DNA of 64,000 nucleotides from Patescibacteria group bacterium (GTDB taxonomy: Bacteria; Patescibacteriota; Patescibacteriia; UBA9934), in assembly GCA_041659765.1 (NCBI GenBank), contig JBAZXR010000001.1, positions 182,923 through 246,922 on the forward strand. Reading direction: 5' to 3'. Positions 44,063 to 54,000 of the stretch are shown here, piece by piece (positions within the stretch are counted from its first letter, which is position 1; every line of letters begins with the position of its first letter). The translations under genes were made by a program, and so were the position numbers. The notes under the pieces were generated by a model that was not told the DNA's origin, ran no database searches, and was given only the letters and a program-made list of their open reading frames with translations.

Positions 44063-44737
44063 GTGTCCCTCGAAATAGCAAAACAGAAGCTAGTTAAGGA
44101 GTTAGTCAGCAACAAAAAAGCGCGCCGGGAGCACGGGATGTTTTTGATTGAAGGAGCAAAGTTCATTAAAGACGCTAAGAAGTACCTGGAGTTTTCGTTT
44201 ACAGACAAGGACGTGGCAAACTTCCGCGAATTGATTTCGACCGAAACGCCCCAGAATGTTGCTGGCGTAGCAAAGATTCCGCAGTTTACCCTCGATAACG
44301 TCAAGAAGTGCAAAGTGATCGTTGTTCTTGATAACGTGCAGGACCCAGGGAATGTGGGAACGATTATGCGCGTGTGTTTGGCTTTCGATGCCGGACTCAT
44401 TCTCGTCGAGTCCGCTGATCCAACCAACCCGAAATCTGTTCGCGCAAGCGCTGCGTCTATGCTGAAAACCCCATGGATTGAGGTTTCCAAATCCGACGCC
44501 CCAGAAGTGATCGCGAGTTTGGGTAGACCTGTCTACAAACTCGAGCTCAGAGGCGATGCAAAGATGATTAGCGAGATTCCGAAGGGGCCACTCGTGATTG
44601 TGGCTGGTAATGAGGGCAGGGGAGTGACGCTCGAACTCCCAGATGCATCAAGCGTGTATATTCCGCAGAATGTGGAACTGGAGTCCTTGAACGTGGCGAT
44701 TGCCACCAGCATCGCACTCTATGAGCTCACCGTTTAA
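44063..44737 (+). CDS. SpoU/TrmH-family RNA 2'-O-methyltransferase
   Basis: VLDNVQDPGNVGTIMRVCLAFDAGLILVE and C-terminal LNVAIATSIALYE (SPOUT knot motifs). Confidence 0.75.
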   Translation: MSLEIAKQKLVKELVSNKKARREHGMFLIEGAKFIKDAKKYLEFSFTDKDVANFRELISTETPQNVAGVAKIPQFTLDNVKKCKVIVVLDNVQDPGNVGTIMRVCLAFDAGLILVESADPTNPKSVRASAASMLKTPWIEVSKSDAPEVIASLGRPVYKLELRGDAKMISEIPKGPLVIVAGNEGRGVTLELPDASSVYIPQNVELESLNVAIATSIALYELTV

Positions 44738-45881
44738 GGTTTCGAATACCAAGGGTCTGGCGCGTGCGGGGGAATTAACGACCGCTCATGGAGTTATAAA
44801 GACTCCAGTATTTATGCCGATCGCCACTTCTGGCGCGATCAAGACAATGACCGCAGAAGAAACGAAGGCTCTCGGCGCACAGATCATCCTCGGCAACACC
44901 TATCATTTGCTTTTGCGTACTGGGGAGGCGGACATGAAGACGTTCGGCGGGCTTCACAAATTCATGAACTGGAACGGACCGATTTTGACAGACTCCGGCG
45001 GTTACCAGGTTTTTTCACTCGCCAAGCTGAACAAGACGGATGAAGACGGTGTGACATTCCAATCGCATATCGACGGACACACTATTCGATTAACCGCCGA
45101 AGATTCGATGCGTATTCAGGCTGGGATCGGTTCAGACATTCGCATGCAGTTTGATGATGTTGCTGCGGGACTATCGACGCGCGAGAGATACGAGGAAGCG
45201 ATGGAACGGTCGTTGCGCTGGGCGGAGAGGTCAAAAACGGCGTTTAAAAATTGGTCGACGCATGGGTCGACCCCTACGCCGCTTCTCTTCGGCATCATCC
45301 AGGGTGGAACCTACGAAGACCTGCGTGCCCGTTCACTCGAGGGTCTTGTCCGAACTGATTTCGACGGCTACGCCATTGGTGGTCTTTCTGTCGGCGAGCA
45401 CCGGGAGGACACGTTCCGTATTGTGAAGAATCTAGCTTCGAAAATGCCAGACGACAAGCCTCGGTACTTCATGGGTGGGGGAATGCCTGAAGAAATCATG
45501 TATTACGTCGCCCACGGCGTGGACATGTTCGACTGTGTCATTCCGACCAGACATGCACGCCACGGACAGATTTTCGTTTGGAAGGGCAACCCCGCCGATT
45601 GCGTCGCCGAAGCCTTTACTCGAGCCCAGGATGACTCGGCTGATTTCAGAATTGCTGAAGCCATGTACGAAAAAGTCGCCATTACCAATGAACAGTACAC
45701 GCTCGACCAGTCGCCGATTGATGCGTTCAATGATTGCGAGACCTCGAAGACTTACACGAAAGCCTACTTACGACACTTATTTAAGAATGGGGAAATGCTT
45801 GGGATGAAATTAGCGACGGCACAGAATCTGCGCTTCTATATAAGGATGATGGAGGAGCTGAGGAAAGTGATAGAGTTGTAA
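44700..45881 (+). CDS. tgt: queuine tRNA-ribosyltransferase
   Basis: ARAGELTTAHGVIKTPVFMPIATSGAIK, ILGNTYHL, DSGGYQV, zinc site C-x-C-x2-C...H region (CVIPTRHARHG). Alternative start at 44721. Confidence 0.85.
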   Translation: MPPASHSMSSPFKVSNTKGLARAGELTTAHGVIKTPVFMPIATSGAIKTMTAEETKALGAQIILGNTYHLLLRTGEADMKTFGGLHKFMNWNGPILTDSGGYQVFSLAKLNKTDEDGVTFQSHIDGHTIRLTAEDSMRIQAGIGSDIRMQFDDVAAGLSTRERYEEAMERSLRWAERSKTAFKNWSTHGSTPTPLLFGIIQGGTYEDLRARSLEGLVRTDFDGYAIGGLSVGEHREDTFRIVKNLASKMPDDKPRYFMGGGMPEEIMYYVAHGVDMFDCVIPTRHARHGQIFVWKGNPADCVAEAFTRAQDDSADFRIAEAMYEKVAITNEQYTLDQSPIDAFNDCETSKTYTKAYLRHLFKNGEMLGMKLATAQNLRFYIRMMEELRKVIEL

Positions 45882-45902
45882 AGTTATAAAGTTGTAAAGA
45901 TT
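45876..45902. repeat. tandem 8-mer repeats (TTGTAAAG/TTATAAAG, minus orientation) 5' of the four-helix-bundle gene
   Basis: gagTTGTAAAGTTATAAAGTTGTAAAGattg; reverse complement of the CTTTAYAA units at 46277 and 50421. Confidence 0.5.
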
Positions 45903-46277
45903 GTGGAACCTGAGAAGGTGAAGTCATTTAGAGATTTGAGAACCTGGCAGGAGGCCCAGGCGTTGGCGGTCGAGATTTATCGATTGACCGAGTCATTCCC
46001 GAAGGAAGAAAAGTACGGACTCATCGCCCAACTGCGTTCTGCGGCGGTTTCGGTGCCAAGCAATATTGCAGAAGGAAAGGGGAGAAACACACCGAAGGAT
46101 TTTATTCGTTTTCTCATTATGGCCCGGGGTTCCACTCAAGAGATATTAAGTCAGGTCGATTTTGCGGTCCGAGTTGGATACTGTTCGGTAGTGATCGGAG
46201 AGGTTTTTCGGAATCGTTATCAGGGGCTTTGTGCAGGAATTAATGCTCACATCGGGTCCCTTTCTCTTCAGGGTTAG
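45903..46277 (+). CDS. four-helix-bundle protein (TIGR02436-like; family once called 23S rRNA intervening-sequence protein)
   Basis: FRDLRTWQEAQALAVEIYRLTESFPKEEKYGLIAQLRSAAVSVPSNIAEGKGR. GTG start. Flanked by inverted 8-mer repeat blocks. Confidence 0.7.
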   Translation: MEPEKVKSFRDLRTWQEAQALAVEIYRLTESFPKEEKYGLIAQLRSAAVSVPSNIAEGKGRNTPKDFIRFLIMARGSTQEILSQVDFAVRVGYCSVVIGEVFRNRYQGLCAGINAHIGSLSLQG

Positions 46278-46312
46278 CTTTACAACTTTACAACTCTATA
46301 ACTTTACAACTT
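46277..46312. repeat. tandem 8-mer repeats CTTTACAA x4 3' of the four-helix-bundle gene
   Basis: CTTTACAACTTTACAACTCTATAACTTTACAACTTC. Confidence 0.5.
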
Positions 46313-46332
46313 CTCCTGTATACTTTCCCTGT

Positions 46333-46719
46333 ATGCCCTCGATCGAGGCCTCTTTCCGCATAGTAAGGGATTTAACCCTCGATCTTTTGTATTTCCCGAT
46401 TTGGTGGTATTCGACGGGTTTGATGGAAAGAGTTAACGGGGCGGGGGAGTTGATTACGGGGGCGAGTAGGAGTTTGCAGATTGGACTTTGGATCAGAAAT
46501 ATTTTTGTACCAATGTACGGGGCGTATGACTGGCAGAGTCGGTTGATTAGTGTGTTCATGAGATGCGTGCAGATTGTCGCTCGAGTCATCGCCCTCGTGT
46601 TCTGGGTTCTCGTCGCCTTCGCATTCTTCGCGCTGTACGTCTTTGGACCGATCATGCTCATCCTGCTTTTTGCGTATCACGCGTTCTTGTCCGGACAAGC
46701 TTCCTATTATGGCGCGTAA
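46333..46719 (+). CDS. membrane protein, hypothetical
   Basis: 128 aa from ATG 46333. Three predicted TM helices. Overlaps the ClpC-like start. Confidence 0.35.
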   Translation: MPSIEASFRIVRDLTLDLLYFPIWWYSTGLMERVNGAGELITGASRSLQIGLWIRNIFVPMYGAYDWQSRLISVFMRCVQIVARVIALVFWVLVAFAFFALYVFGPIMLILLFAYHAFLSGQASYYGA

Positions 46720-49303
46720 TCAACTACCACTTCCGGGGATGCGCGCGGGGGATGAGGTTTTTATTTGGCGAAAAGAAATTGATGCAGTGTCTATTGCGCA
46801 CGAGCGAGGATTAAGAAAAGCCCGAAAAGCATTCGCAGCTGTGGCGTTTGTGCTAGGGGCATTGTCGATTGTGATATTCGCTGCGATCGTGAGGACGTGG
46901 CAAGCCACGTCCGTACAACAATTTTTGGATCCGCATCCGGTGATTGTTTTTTTGCCGTTGGGATTTTTGCTCATGTTATTCGCGTACTTTGAGCGGAAGA
47001 TTTCGTCGCCCATCCCCTTATCATTCTCGAAGAATATTTCCGCTGATTTTGAGGAGTCCGTGAGCGAGAAATCGAGTGAGCTCTCGCTGTACGCGGCTGA
47101 TGAGGCGGTGAAGACGGTCGAAGACTCGTATCTTTTAGCGAAGAAAAATGGCGATGCTGACGTTGGTCCGGCGCATTTATTCGCCGGATCCCTTGGTTCG
47201 CGACCGGGGCAGATTTTGTTTGCGCGTCTTGGACTGACGATTGATTCAGTTCGGGATCCGTTGCGTCGAAAGTTATCGGCTGAGCCGAAGGGTGATACAG
47301 CGATTGCCGAGCGTGGCGCACATGTCCTGGCACTCGCAGGTATTACTGCTGTAAAAGGAGGCCGGGCACATCTGACGAGTCTAGACATCTTTGCTGCCGC
47401 CTACCAGTCCGACGAATTTTTCAAACAGTTATTCGACGAGCAGGGGATTCCGCAGACAGAACTCGAAAATGCTTTGCACTGGATGAGAATCTCGGAAGAA
47501 CAGCAGGAGCGGTATAAGGTGTTTCGTCAGGCTGCCGCGTTCAAGCCACAGAACAACATGGACCGCGCCATGACGGCCATTGCGACGCCGTTTCTCGACT
47601 CCGTGAGCGAGGATCTGACCCGTGCGTCGGCTCGGGGATACACGGAGCTGCTGGTAGGACGCGACGAAGAAATTCAGTCAATCTTTAGAGCTATCGAAGG
47701 CGGGGGAACGAGTGTGGTCCTGGTCGGCCCGTCCGGCGTTGGCAAGAGTGCAATCATCGAGGGTATCGCAGACCTCATGGTCGAGGAGCGCGTACCGAGA
47801 GTGCTCGAAGACAAGCGACTTTTGAAACTTTCAGTCCCGCATATTGTGAGCGCGCAGGGAGGGAACGGCGCTGAAGAACGTTTCTTGCACGCCATGAATG
47901 AAGTCGGCCATTCTGGGAACATCGTTCTTGTCATTGAGAATATCGACGAACTAGTGGGAGTCGGAAATTCTATAGATCTTTCGAGCATCCTCGCGAGCGA
48001 ACTCGAAAAGGGTTATACGTTCGTGATCGCGACAACAACTGCCCAAGGATACGCGGATAAAATCGAACGATCGGTGATTGGCAGAAGGCTCGAGCGCGTA
48101 CAGATTGCGGAGCCAGCGCGTGATCTCGCTATCCGTATTGTCGAGTCCAAAGTTGGCCTGATGGAGGCGAAGAATCATGTGGTGTTCACGTATGGCGCCG
48201 TTGCGTCGGCCGTCGACCTCTCGCTTCGATACTTGCACGATAGCGTTTTGCCGGACAATGCAATCTCTCTTTTAAAAGAAGTTGCCCTCACGGTAGGGAA
48301 GCGGAGTCAGAAAATTACATGGGTGGTGAAAGAGGACGTTGCATCAATGGTCGAACTCAAGACGAAGATTCCGGTGAGCGATGTGAAAGAAGGCGAGGGT
48401 GCAAAATTGCTCAACCTCGAAGAGAAGCTCCACGAAAGAATCATCGGCCAGGAACACGCTGTCGCCGCAGTATCTAGTGCTCTCCGTCGAGCAAGAACCG
48501 AGCTTAGAAGCACCGGCAAACCGATTGCCAACTTTTTGTTCCTCGGTCCTACCGGTGTAGGTAAGACCGAACTCGCCAAAGCAACGAGTGAAGTGTTCTT
48601 CGGCAACGAGAACGCTATGGTTCGGTTTGACATGTCGGAATATCAAGCGGCCGAGTCCGTCACTCGACTCATTGGCGGTAACGGACAGACGGGGCTTTTG
48701 ACCGAGGCGATCCGAAGAAACCCTTTCTCATTATTGCTACTCGACGAACTTGAAAAAGCTTCTCCGGATATTTTGAATTTGTTCTTGCAAGTCATGGATG
48801 ATGGCCGACTCACGGACGGCCTTGGTCAAACGGTTGATTTTACGAATGTGATTCTCATCGCAACAAGTAATGCGGGAACGCAATACATTCAAGACGAGGT
48901 AGCGAAGGGTGCGGAACTCTCGACTATTAAAGAAGCGTTGCTCGCCACAGAACTGCGATCACTTTTTAGACCAGAATTCCTGAACCGTTTTAATGACGTG
49001 ATCGTGTTTGCACCGTTGACCGAAGCTGATGTGACCGCGATCGCCTACTTGCTCGTTGAAAAAGTGAAGAAGCAAATTGAGGCCAAGGGCATGACGCTTG
49101 AGGTGACGGACGCTGCTATCCACGAGCTCGGCCGCCAGGGATTTGATCCGAAATTTGGTGCCCGACCTCTCAGACGCACCATTGAGGAGAAACTCGAGAA
49201 TAAACTTGCTGACGAACTGTTAAAGGGAAATATCGCTCGCCGAGACACGGTCGTCTTTGACGAAGGCGGGAAAATTGAGGTAAGAAAAGCCCAGAAACTT
49301 TAG
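46709..49303 (+). CDS. Clp/Hsp100 AAA+ ATPase (ClpC/ClpB-like) with unusual N-terminal membrane-spanning segment
   Basis: Start MARNQLPLPG at 46709. Two hydrophobic helices (AFAAVAFVLGALSIVIFAAIV, VIVFLPLGFLLMLFAYF), Clp_N-like repeats. D1 Walker A GPSGVGKSA; D2 GPTGVGKTELAKA, sensor-2 GARPLRR. Confidence 0.75.
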   Translation: MARNQLPLPGMRAGDEVFIWRKEIDAVSIAHERGLRKARKAFAAVAFVLGALSIVIFAAIVRTWQATSVQQFLDPHPVIVFLPLGFLLMLFAYFERKISSPIPLSFSKNISADFEESVSEKSSELSLYAADEAVKTVEDSYLLAKKNGDADVGPAHLFAGSLGSRPGQILFARLGLTIDSVRDPLRRKLSAEPKGDTAIAERGAHVLALAGITAVKGGRAHLTSLDIFAAAYQSDEFFKQLFDEQGIPQTELENALHWMRISEEQQERYKVFRQAAAFKPQNNMDRAMTAIATPFLDSVSEDLTRASARGYTELLVGRDEEIQSIFRAIEGGGTSVVLVGPSGVGKSAIIEGIADLMVEERVPRVLEDKRLLKLSVPHIVSAQGGNGAEERFLHAMNEVGHSGNIVLVIENIDELVGVGNSIDLSSILASELEKGYTFVIATTTAQGYADKIERSVIGRRLERVQIAEPARDLAIRIVESKVGLMEAKNHVVFTYGAVASAVDLSLRYLHDSVLPDNAISLLKEVALTVGKRSQKITWVVKEDVASMVELKTKIPVSDVKEGEGAKLLNLEEKLHERIIGQEHAVAAVSSALRRARTELRSTGKPIANFLFLGPTGVGKTELAKATSEVFFGNENAMVRFDMSEYQAAESVTRLIGGNGQTGLLTEAIRRNPFSLLLLDELEKASPDILNLFLQVMDDGRLTDGLGQTVDFTNVILIATSNAGTQYIQDEVAKGAELSTIKEALLATELRSLFRPEFLNRFNDVIVFAPLTEADVTAIAYLLVEKVKKQIEAKGMTLEVTDAAIHELGRQGFDPKFGARPLRRTIEEKLENKLADELLKGNIARRDTVVFDEGGKIEVRKAQKL

Positions 49304-49309
49304 CTCTTA

Positions 49310-49382
49310 TCCCATCCTGAGCGAGAGCGAAGGATCCGACTTTCCCCTCTGAGGGTCGGACTCTTCGCAAAGCTCAGAGTGG
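49310..49382. repeat. 73-nt dispersed repeat, copy 1 (inverted relative to the copy at 63325..63397)
   Basis: tcccatcctgagcgagagcgaaggatccgactttcccctctgagggtcggactcttcgcaaagctcagagtgg. Contains internal hairpin GGATCCGAC...GTCGGAC. Sits between the ClpC-like gene and the MraY-like gene. Confidence 0.7.
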
Positions 49383-49392
49383 AGACAATGCT

Positions 49393-50424
49393 ATGCCAGT
49401 GTGGTTTCCACTCCCCATTGCTCTCGCATTTGTTGTATCCGCGAGCGTTACGCCGCTCGTGATTTTGCTTGCGACGAAATTTGGCCTCGTCGACGAGCCA
49501 ACGGGAGGACGGAAGATTCACCGCGTGTCAACGCCACTGCTTGGAGGAGCTGCAGTCTTCCTCGGCTTCTTCGTTCCGACCGTGCTCGTGCTTGGGTTTT
49601 CCAACCATCTCACCTCCGGTGAAATTGATCTTACGCAGTACTTGGGATTTTTTGCTGCTGCGCTCATGCTCATGATCGGCGGAGCACTCGACGACAAGCT
49701 TGGACTCTCGCCTAAATATAGCGTGTGGTTCCCCGTACTCGCGGCACTCATCGCGAGTCTAGTGGGTATTGGCGTGTCGAAGCTGACGAACCCAGTTGGC
49801 GACGCGATCATTGTCAGTTCGATGGCCTCCGCAATCATTACTTTCGTCTGGCTTCTCGTGATGAGCTATGCGACCAAGCTGCTCGACGGAGTTGACGGAC
49901 TTACGACGAGCGTAGCGACGATCGCTTCACTAATGATCGCAGCCCTCGCCTTGACCAAGATGTACTTCCAACCGGACGTCGTTCTCCTCGCTCTCATGTT
50001 TGTCGCAGCGCTCGTTGGTTTCCTGCTCTGGAACCTGCCTGTTGCGCGTATCTTCTTGGGCGAAGGGGGAAGCACCTTCCTTGGGTTTACCCTGGGCGTG
50101 CTTTCCATTATTGCTGGGAGTAAAATGGTGACACTCCTTCTTGTCCTTGGCGTGCCATGTCTCGACGTCATCCAGGTGATGTATCGACGGCTGCGCGAGC
50201 ATCGCTCAATCACGAGCGGGGACAGATACCATTTCCATCACCTCTTGTTCGACGCGGGACTCTCTGAGTGGCAAGTGGTTGCGGTGTATGCGTCATTCTC
50301 GTTATTGTTCGGCCTGACGACGCTCTTCTTTTCCCATTTGATTAAATTGGTTATCCTGGCAGGGTTGGTATTTCTGTTTATGGGTGTCGTTCGGACGCTT
50401 GCTCGACGGTCTCAGGCTTTATAA
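49393..50424 (+). CDS. MraY/WecA-family polyprenyl-phosphate N-acetylhexosamine-1-phosphate transferase
   Basis: 343 aa. About 10 TM helices, DEPTGGRKIH, LLDGVDGL cytoplasmic loop motifs. Confidence 0.65.
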   Translation: MPVWFPLPIALAFVVSASVTPLVILLATKFGLVDEPTGGRKIHRVSTPLLGGAAVFLGFFVPTVLVLGFSNHLTSGEIDLTQYLGFFAAALMLMIGGALDDKLGLSPKYSVWFPVLAALIASLVGIGVSKLTNPVGDAIIVSSMASAIITFVWLLVMSYATKLLDGVDGLTTSVATIASLMIAALALTKMYFQPDVVLLALMFVAALVGFLLWNLPVARIFLGEGGSTFLGFTLGVLSIIAGSKMVTLLLVLGVPCLDVIQVMYRRLREHRSITSGDRYHFHHLLFDAGLSEWQVVAVYASFSLLFGLTTLFFSHLIKLVILAGLVFLFMGVVRTLARRSQAL

Positions 50425-50452
50425 CTTTACAACTTTATTACTTTATAACTTC
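50421..50452. repeat. tandem 8-mer repeats CTTTAYAA x4 upstream of the DUF192 gene
   Basis: CTTTATAACTTTACAACTTTATTACTTTATAACTTC, about 8 nt before the ATG at 50460. Confidence 0.5.
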
Positions 50453-50459
50453 TCAGCTT

Positions 50460-50945
50460 ATGTCAGAACATCACGAAGGCATGCCGGGAGTGGTACGAAC
50501 AAGTTTGTGGATTTTAGGTATTTTTGTGGCACTGATGATTGGTCTCACTGTTTACTCGAAGATCGCTTTACCGGTGATTGCGCAGACGGTCACTATTGGT
50601 GGAAGAAGCCATACGGTGCTGGTGGCTAATACCCCAACTGCGCGGTACCAAGGATTGTCCGGCAGAACGGCAGATAAGCTTGGCGCAGAGGGTATGATGT
50701 TCACCTTCGGTAACAGCGAAGAGAGGACCTTTGAAATGCGCGGGATGTTATTTTCGCTCGATTTTTTGTGGGTACAAAACGGTTCGATCGTGAGAATTGA
50801 TGAAAACATCCAGGCTCCACAAAAAAATGAAAAACCGGCTCAAATTTCTTCTAAACCAGCTTCTGCGGATACTGTTTTTGAATTTCCGGCGGGCTTTGCC
50901 GCTAGAAATGGTTTGAGGATCGGAGACCGCATCTCTGGGCGCTAG
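50460..50945 (+). CDS. DUF192-domain protein
   Basis: N-terminal TM, then LSGRTADKLGAEGMMFTF...RTFEMRGMLFSLDFLWV, typical of DUF192/COG1430. Confidence 0.6.
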   Translation: MSEHHEGMPGVVRTSLWILGIFVALMIGLTVYSKIALPVIAQTVTIGGRSHTVLVANTPTARYQGLSGRTADKLGAEGMMFTFGNSEERTFEMRGMLFSLDFLWVQNGSIVRIDENIQAPQKNEKPAQISSKPASADTVFEFPAGFAARNGLRIGDRISGR

Positions 50946-51040
50946 AGGATAACTGAATATTTGCTGGAGAGGTAAGAGTATAATGTAAAGGATTTTGAAT
51001 CTGATTTTGTTCGGTTACCCGCATTATTTGAAGATATAGT

Positions 51041-54000
51041 ATGAAGAAAATTCTTATCATCTTGGGGGTGGCTGGATCAATGGCTATTTCCTTTTTGTTC
51101 CTCTTTAAGATTCCGTTGACCCACGCCGTTGCCTTCACGTGGGATGGCGGCGGTACAACTGATAACTGGAGTGATTGCGCTAACTGGGTGGGTGACGCTT
51201 GTCCAACGGCGAGCGACACGGTTGTTTTTGACGCTACTTCTGCCGCGGCGCCACATAATAATTCAACGATTGATGCTGGATTTGGCTCGGCTATTGGCGG
51301 GATCACCATCGCTACCGGGTATACTGGCACGATTACTCAGGGCACGGCCCTCACTATTGGTTCCGGCGGGTATACTGAGGCTTCGACAACGGGTACTTGG
51401 ACAGGCGGCTCGTCCGCCCTCACGATAAACGGTGCGTTCTCAATTACGGCCGGTGCCTACACACCAACCTCTGGTACTTGGACCTTGAATGGAAATTTTT
51501 CCATGACCGGCGGAACAATGGCCGGCACGGGTAAGACTTTGATCGTTAGTTCAAGTTTAAGCACGTTTACTTATACTGCCGGGACAGGGAACTTTAACGT
51601 CGGGCCAGGAGATACGGGCGTAGCTGTCACGATTAGTTCTAACAGTTCGGCTAAGACAATTAAAACCGGAACTACGCTTATCGCTACGATCAGCGGAGAC
51701 CCATACATGACTATTGAGGCTGGGGCGTCTCTCACGACTATTGGCGATTCCCTATATTATATCTTTACAAACAACGGTAGTTATACAAACGGAGCCGGTT
51801 ATTTTCGTGCTGAAAGTACAGCTACTTTCAGCGGTACTACAAATAATCTAGACGCAGCTACCGGGGTCCAGGTTGGTCTTGCTTTCTCCCCGAATGGACC
51901 ATTTACGATCGGTTCCGGTGCCACACTTACGCTGAACCCCGCGGTCACCACTCTTTATATTGGAGGTGCATACAATAACCAAGGAACATTTAATGTAAGC
52001 GGACGAACTCTTGAGTTTGATTCGGGTTACGGTGCCGGCCAAATCACCAATTATTACGGAGCGGTGAGTACTGGCGATTATTCGGCTCTTACTGGTGCCA
52101 GCGTTACAATCGGTAAGGCAGCGGGCGCAGCTTTTACTGTGCTTGCCAACCAAAGCATTACCGCTTCTACAGTAACAGGCGCCACTCCAAGTATAGTTGT
52201 AGATGCCTTAGGAACACTGACGACTACTGGTGATTTCAGAGTCCACAGACTAACTAACAACGGAAACTTTGTCATGGGTACTGCCGGTTTTTTTCATGCA
52301 GAACGTGGTGTTACCTTTGACGGCGCCACTAATGATTTGAGCAATGCTACGGACTTTCAGGTTGGTATGGCCTATAATCCACCGGAAAATATGGTTATTG
52401 GATCAGGTGATACGCTCACGCTGAATCCGGCCGTTACCACCCTTTATATTGCTGGTGCATTTGATAATAACGGCACTTTTAACATTTCTGGTCGAGTGCT
52501 TAATTTTGGCGCTAGCTGGGGTTCATCTGAAATCATGCACTATACGGGGGTCACTAATACTGGGGATTTTAATACTATCACTGGAGCGACCGTGGTTCTA
52601 GCTAAAACTGGTGGGTCATCATTTACGGTCCGTAACGGACAAACTATCGCCGCCTCCGATACCGGTTCTGGCTTTAATCTAGTCATTGATTCGGGCGGAA
52701 CGTTGAATACCACGGGGAATATTAACGTGTTTACTTTGACTAATAATGGCGCCTTTACAATGGTCGGTTCCGGAACGTTCGTATCAACTAACGGTTCTAC
52801 TTTAAACGGCACGGTTAATGATTTTACTAATGCGACATCAATGAACATTGCGACTGGCTATAATCCGGCGGGGTTGTTTTCTATCGGTTCAGGTAAGACT
52901 GTTCTCTTTGGCGGATCGGGAATCACTGTCGGCGGAAGTTTTACAAATAGTGGAACGCTTACTTCTACCGCACCGATGACATTTGCTAGCGGGTATGGCA
53001 ATTGCACGCTCACTACTGGCGAGGCTTTTGGTGGGGGCATCATCGTGAATAAGGGTTCTGGTCAGAGTGTTATTCTGGCCCAAAACACCGTAGTCAATGG
53101 CGACGTTACTATCACCGCCGGTGTACTTGATGTTTCTGCTTCTAACTATAGTTTGACCGTGGGCGGGAATTGGTCCAACAGCGCAACGTTTACGCCTCGG
53201 TCTGGAACGGTAACCTTGAACGGGACTGACCAGAGCGTCACCGGAAACACCACTTTCTATAATCTTACAAAAACGGTAACCGTGGCCCGGACTCTAACCT
53301 TTGCCGCTAGCTCAACAACGACTATTTCAAACACCCTCACGCTCCAAGGCGCAGTTGGTCAGAGACTTTCACTTCGGAGCTCGACGCCAGCAACTCAAGC
53401 GAACATCAATCCGCAGGGAACTCGCGTTTTAGCTTCGCTGGACGTGAAGGACAACAATAATACAAACGTTACCCAAATGTCCTGTATAGATGATTGTTTT
53501 GATAGCGGCAACAATACCAATTGGTTCTTGAGCGCCGCTGTGCCTGGTGTAACTCTCGTCGAGAGTGCTAGTTCGACGGATGTTACGGAAGGTGGAGCGA
53601 CGGACACATATTCTGCGGTTTTAGATAAATTGCCGACTGCCAACGTGGTGGTCACGGCTACTGGCAATGCCGATGCTACAGTCAGCGGCCCGCTAACATT
53701 TACCACGGTTAATTGGGCCACACCACAGACTTTTACGGTTACAGCTGTGAACGATTTGATCGATGAAACGAGTCCGGAGAATGCCGCAATTACTCATGCT
53801 GTGACCTCGGCTGATCTGGGTTATGACGGACTTTCAGTGGCGAGCGTTACTGCTCATGTAACTGATAATGACACCGCTGGCGTCACGGTTGGCGCGATCT
53901 CTGGCCACACCACTGAGTTGCTTGGCACGGCGACGTTTACCGTTGTTCTCGACACTCAGCCAACTGCCGATGTTGCTATTGGTGTAACCTCCGACAACAC

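Noticed and set aside
49170-49370. ORFs 49170..49370 (-) and 63225..63410 (+) sharing SHAKSPTLRGESRILRSRSGWD
   Set aside because: The shared peptide is just the translation of the 73-nt inverted repeat element in its two orientations. It is not a conserved protein.
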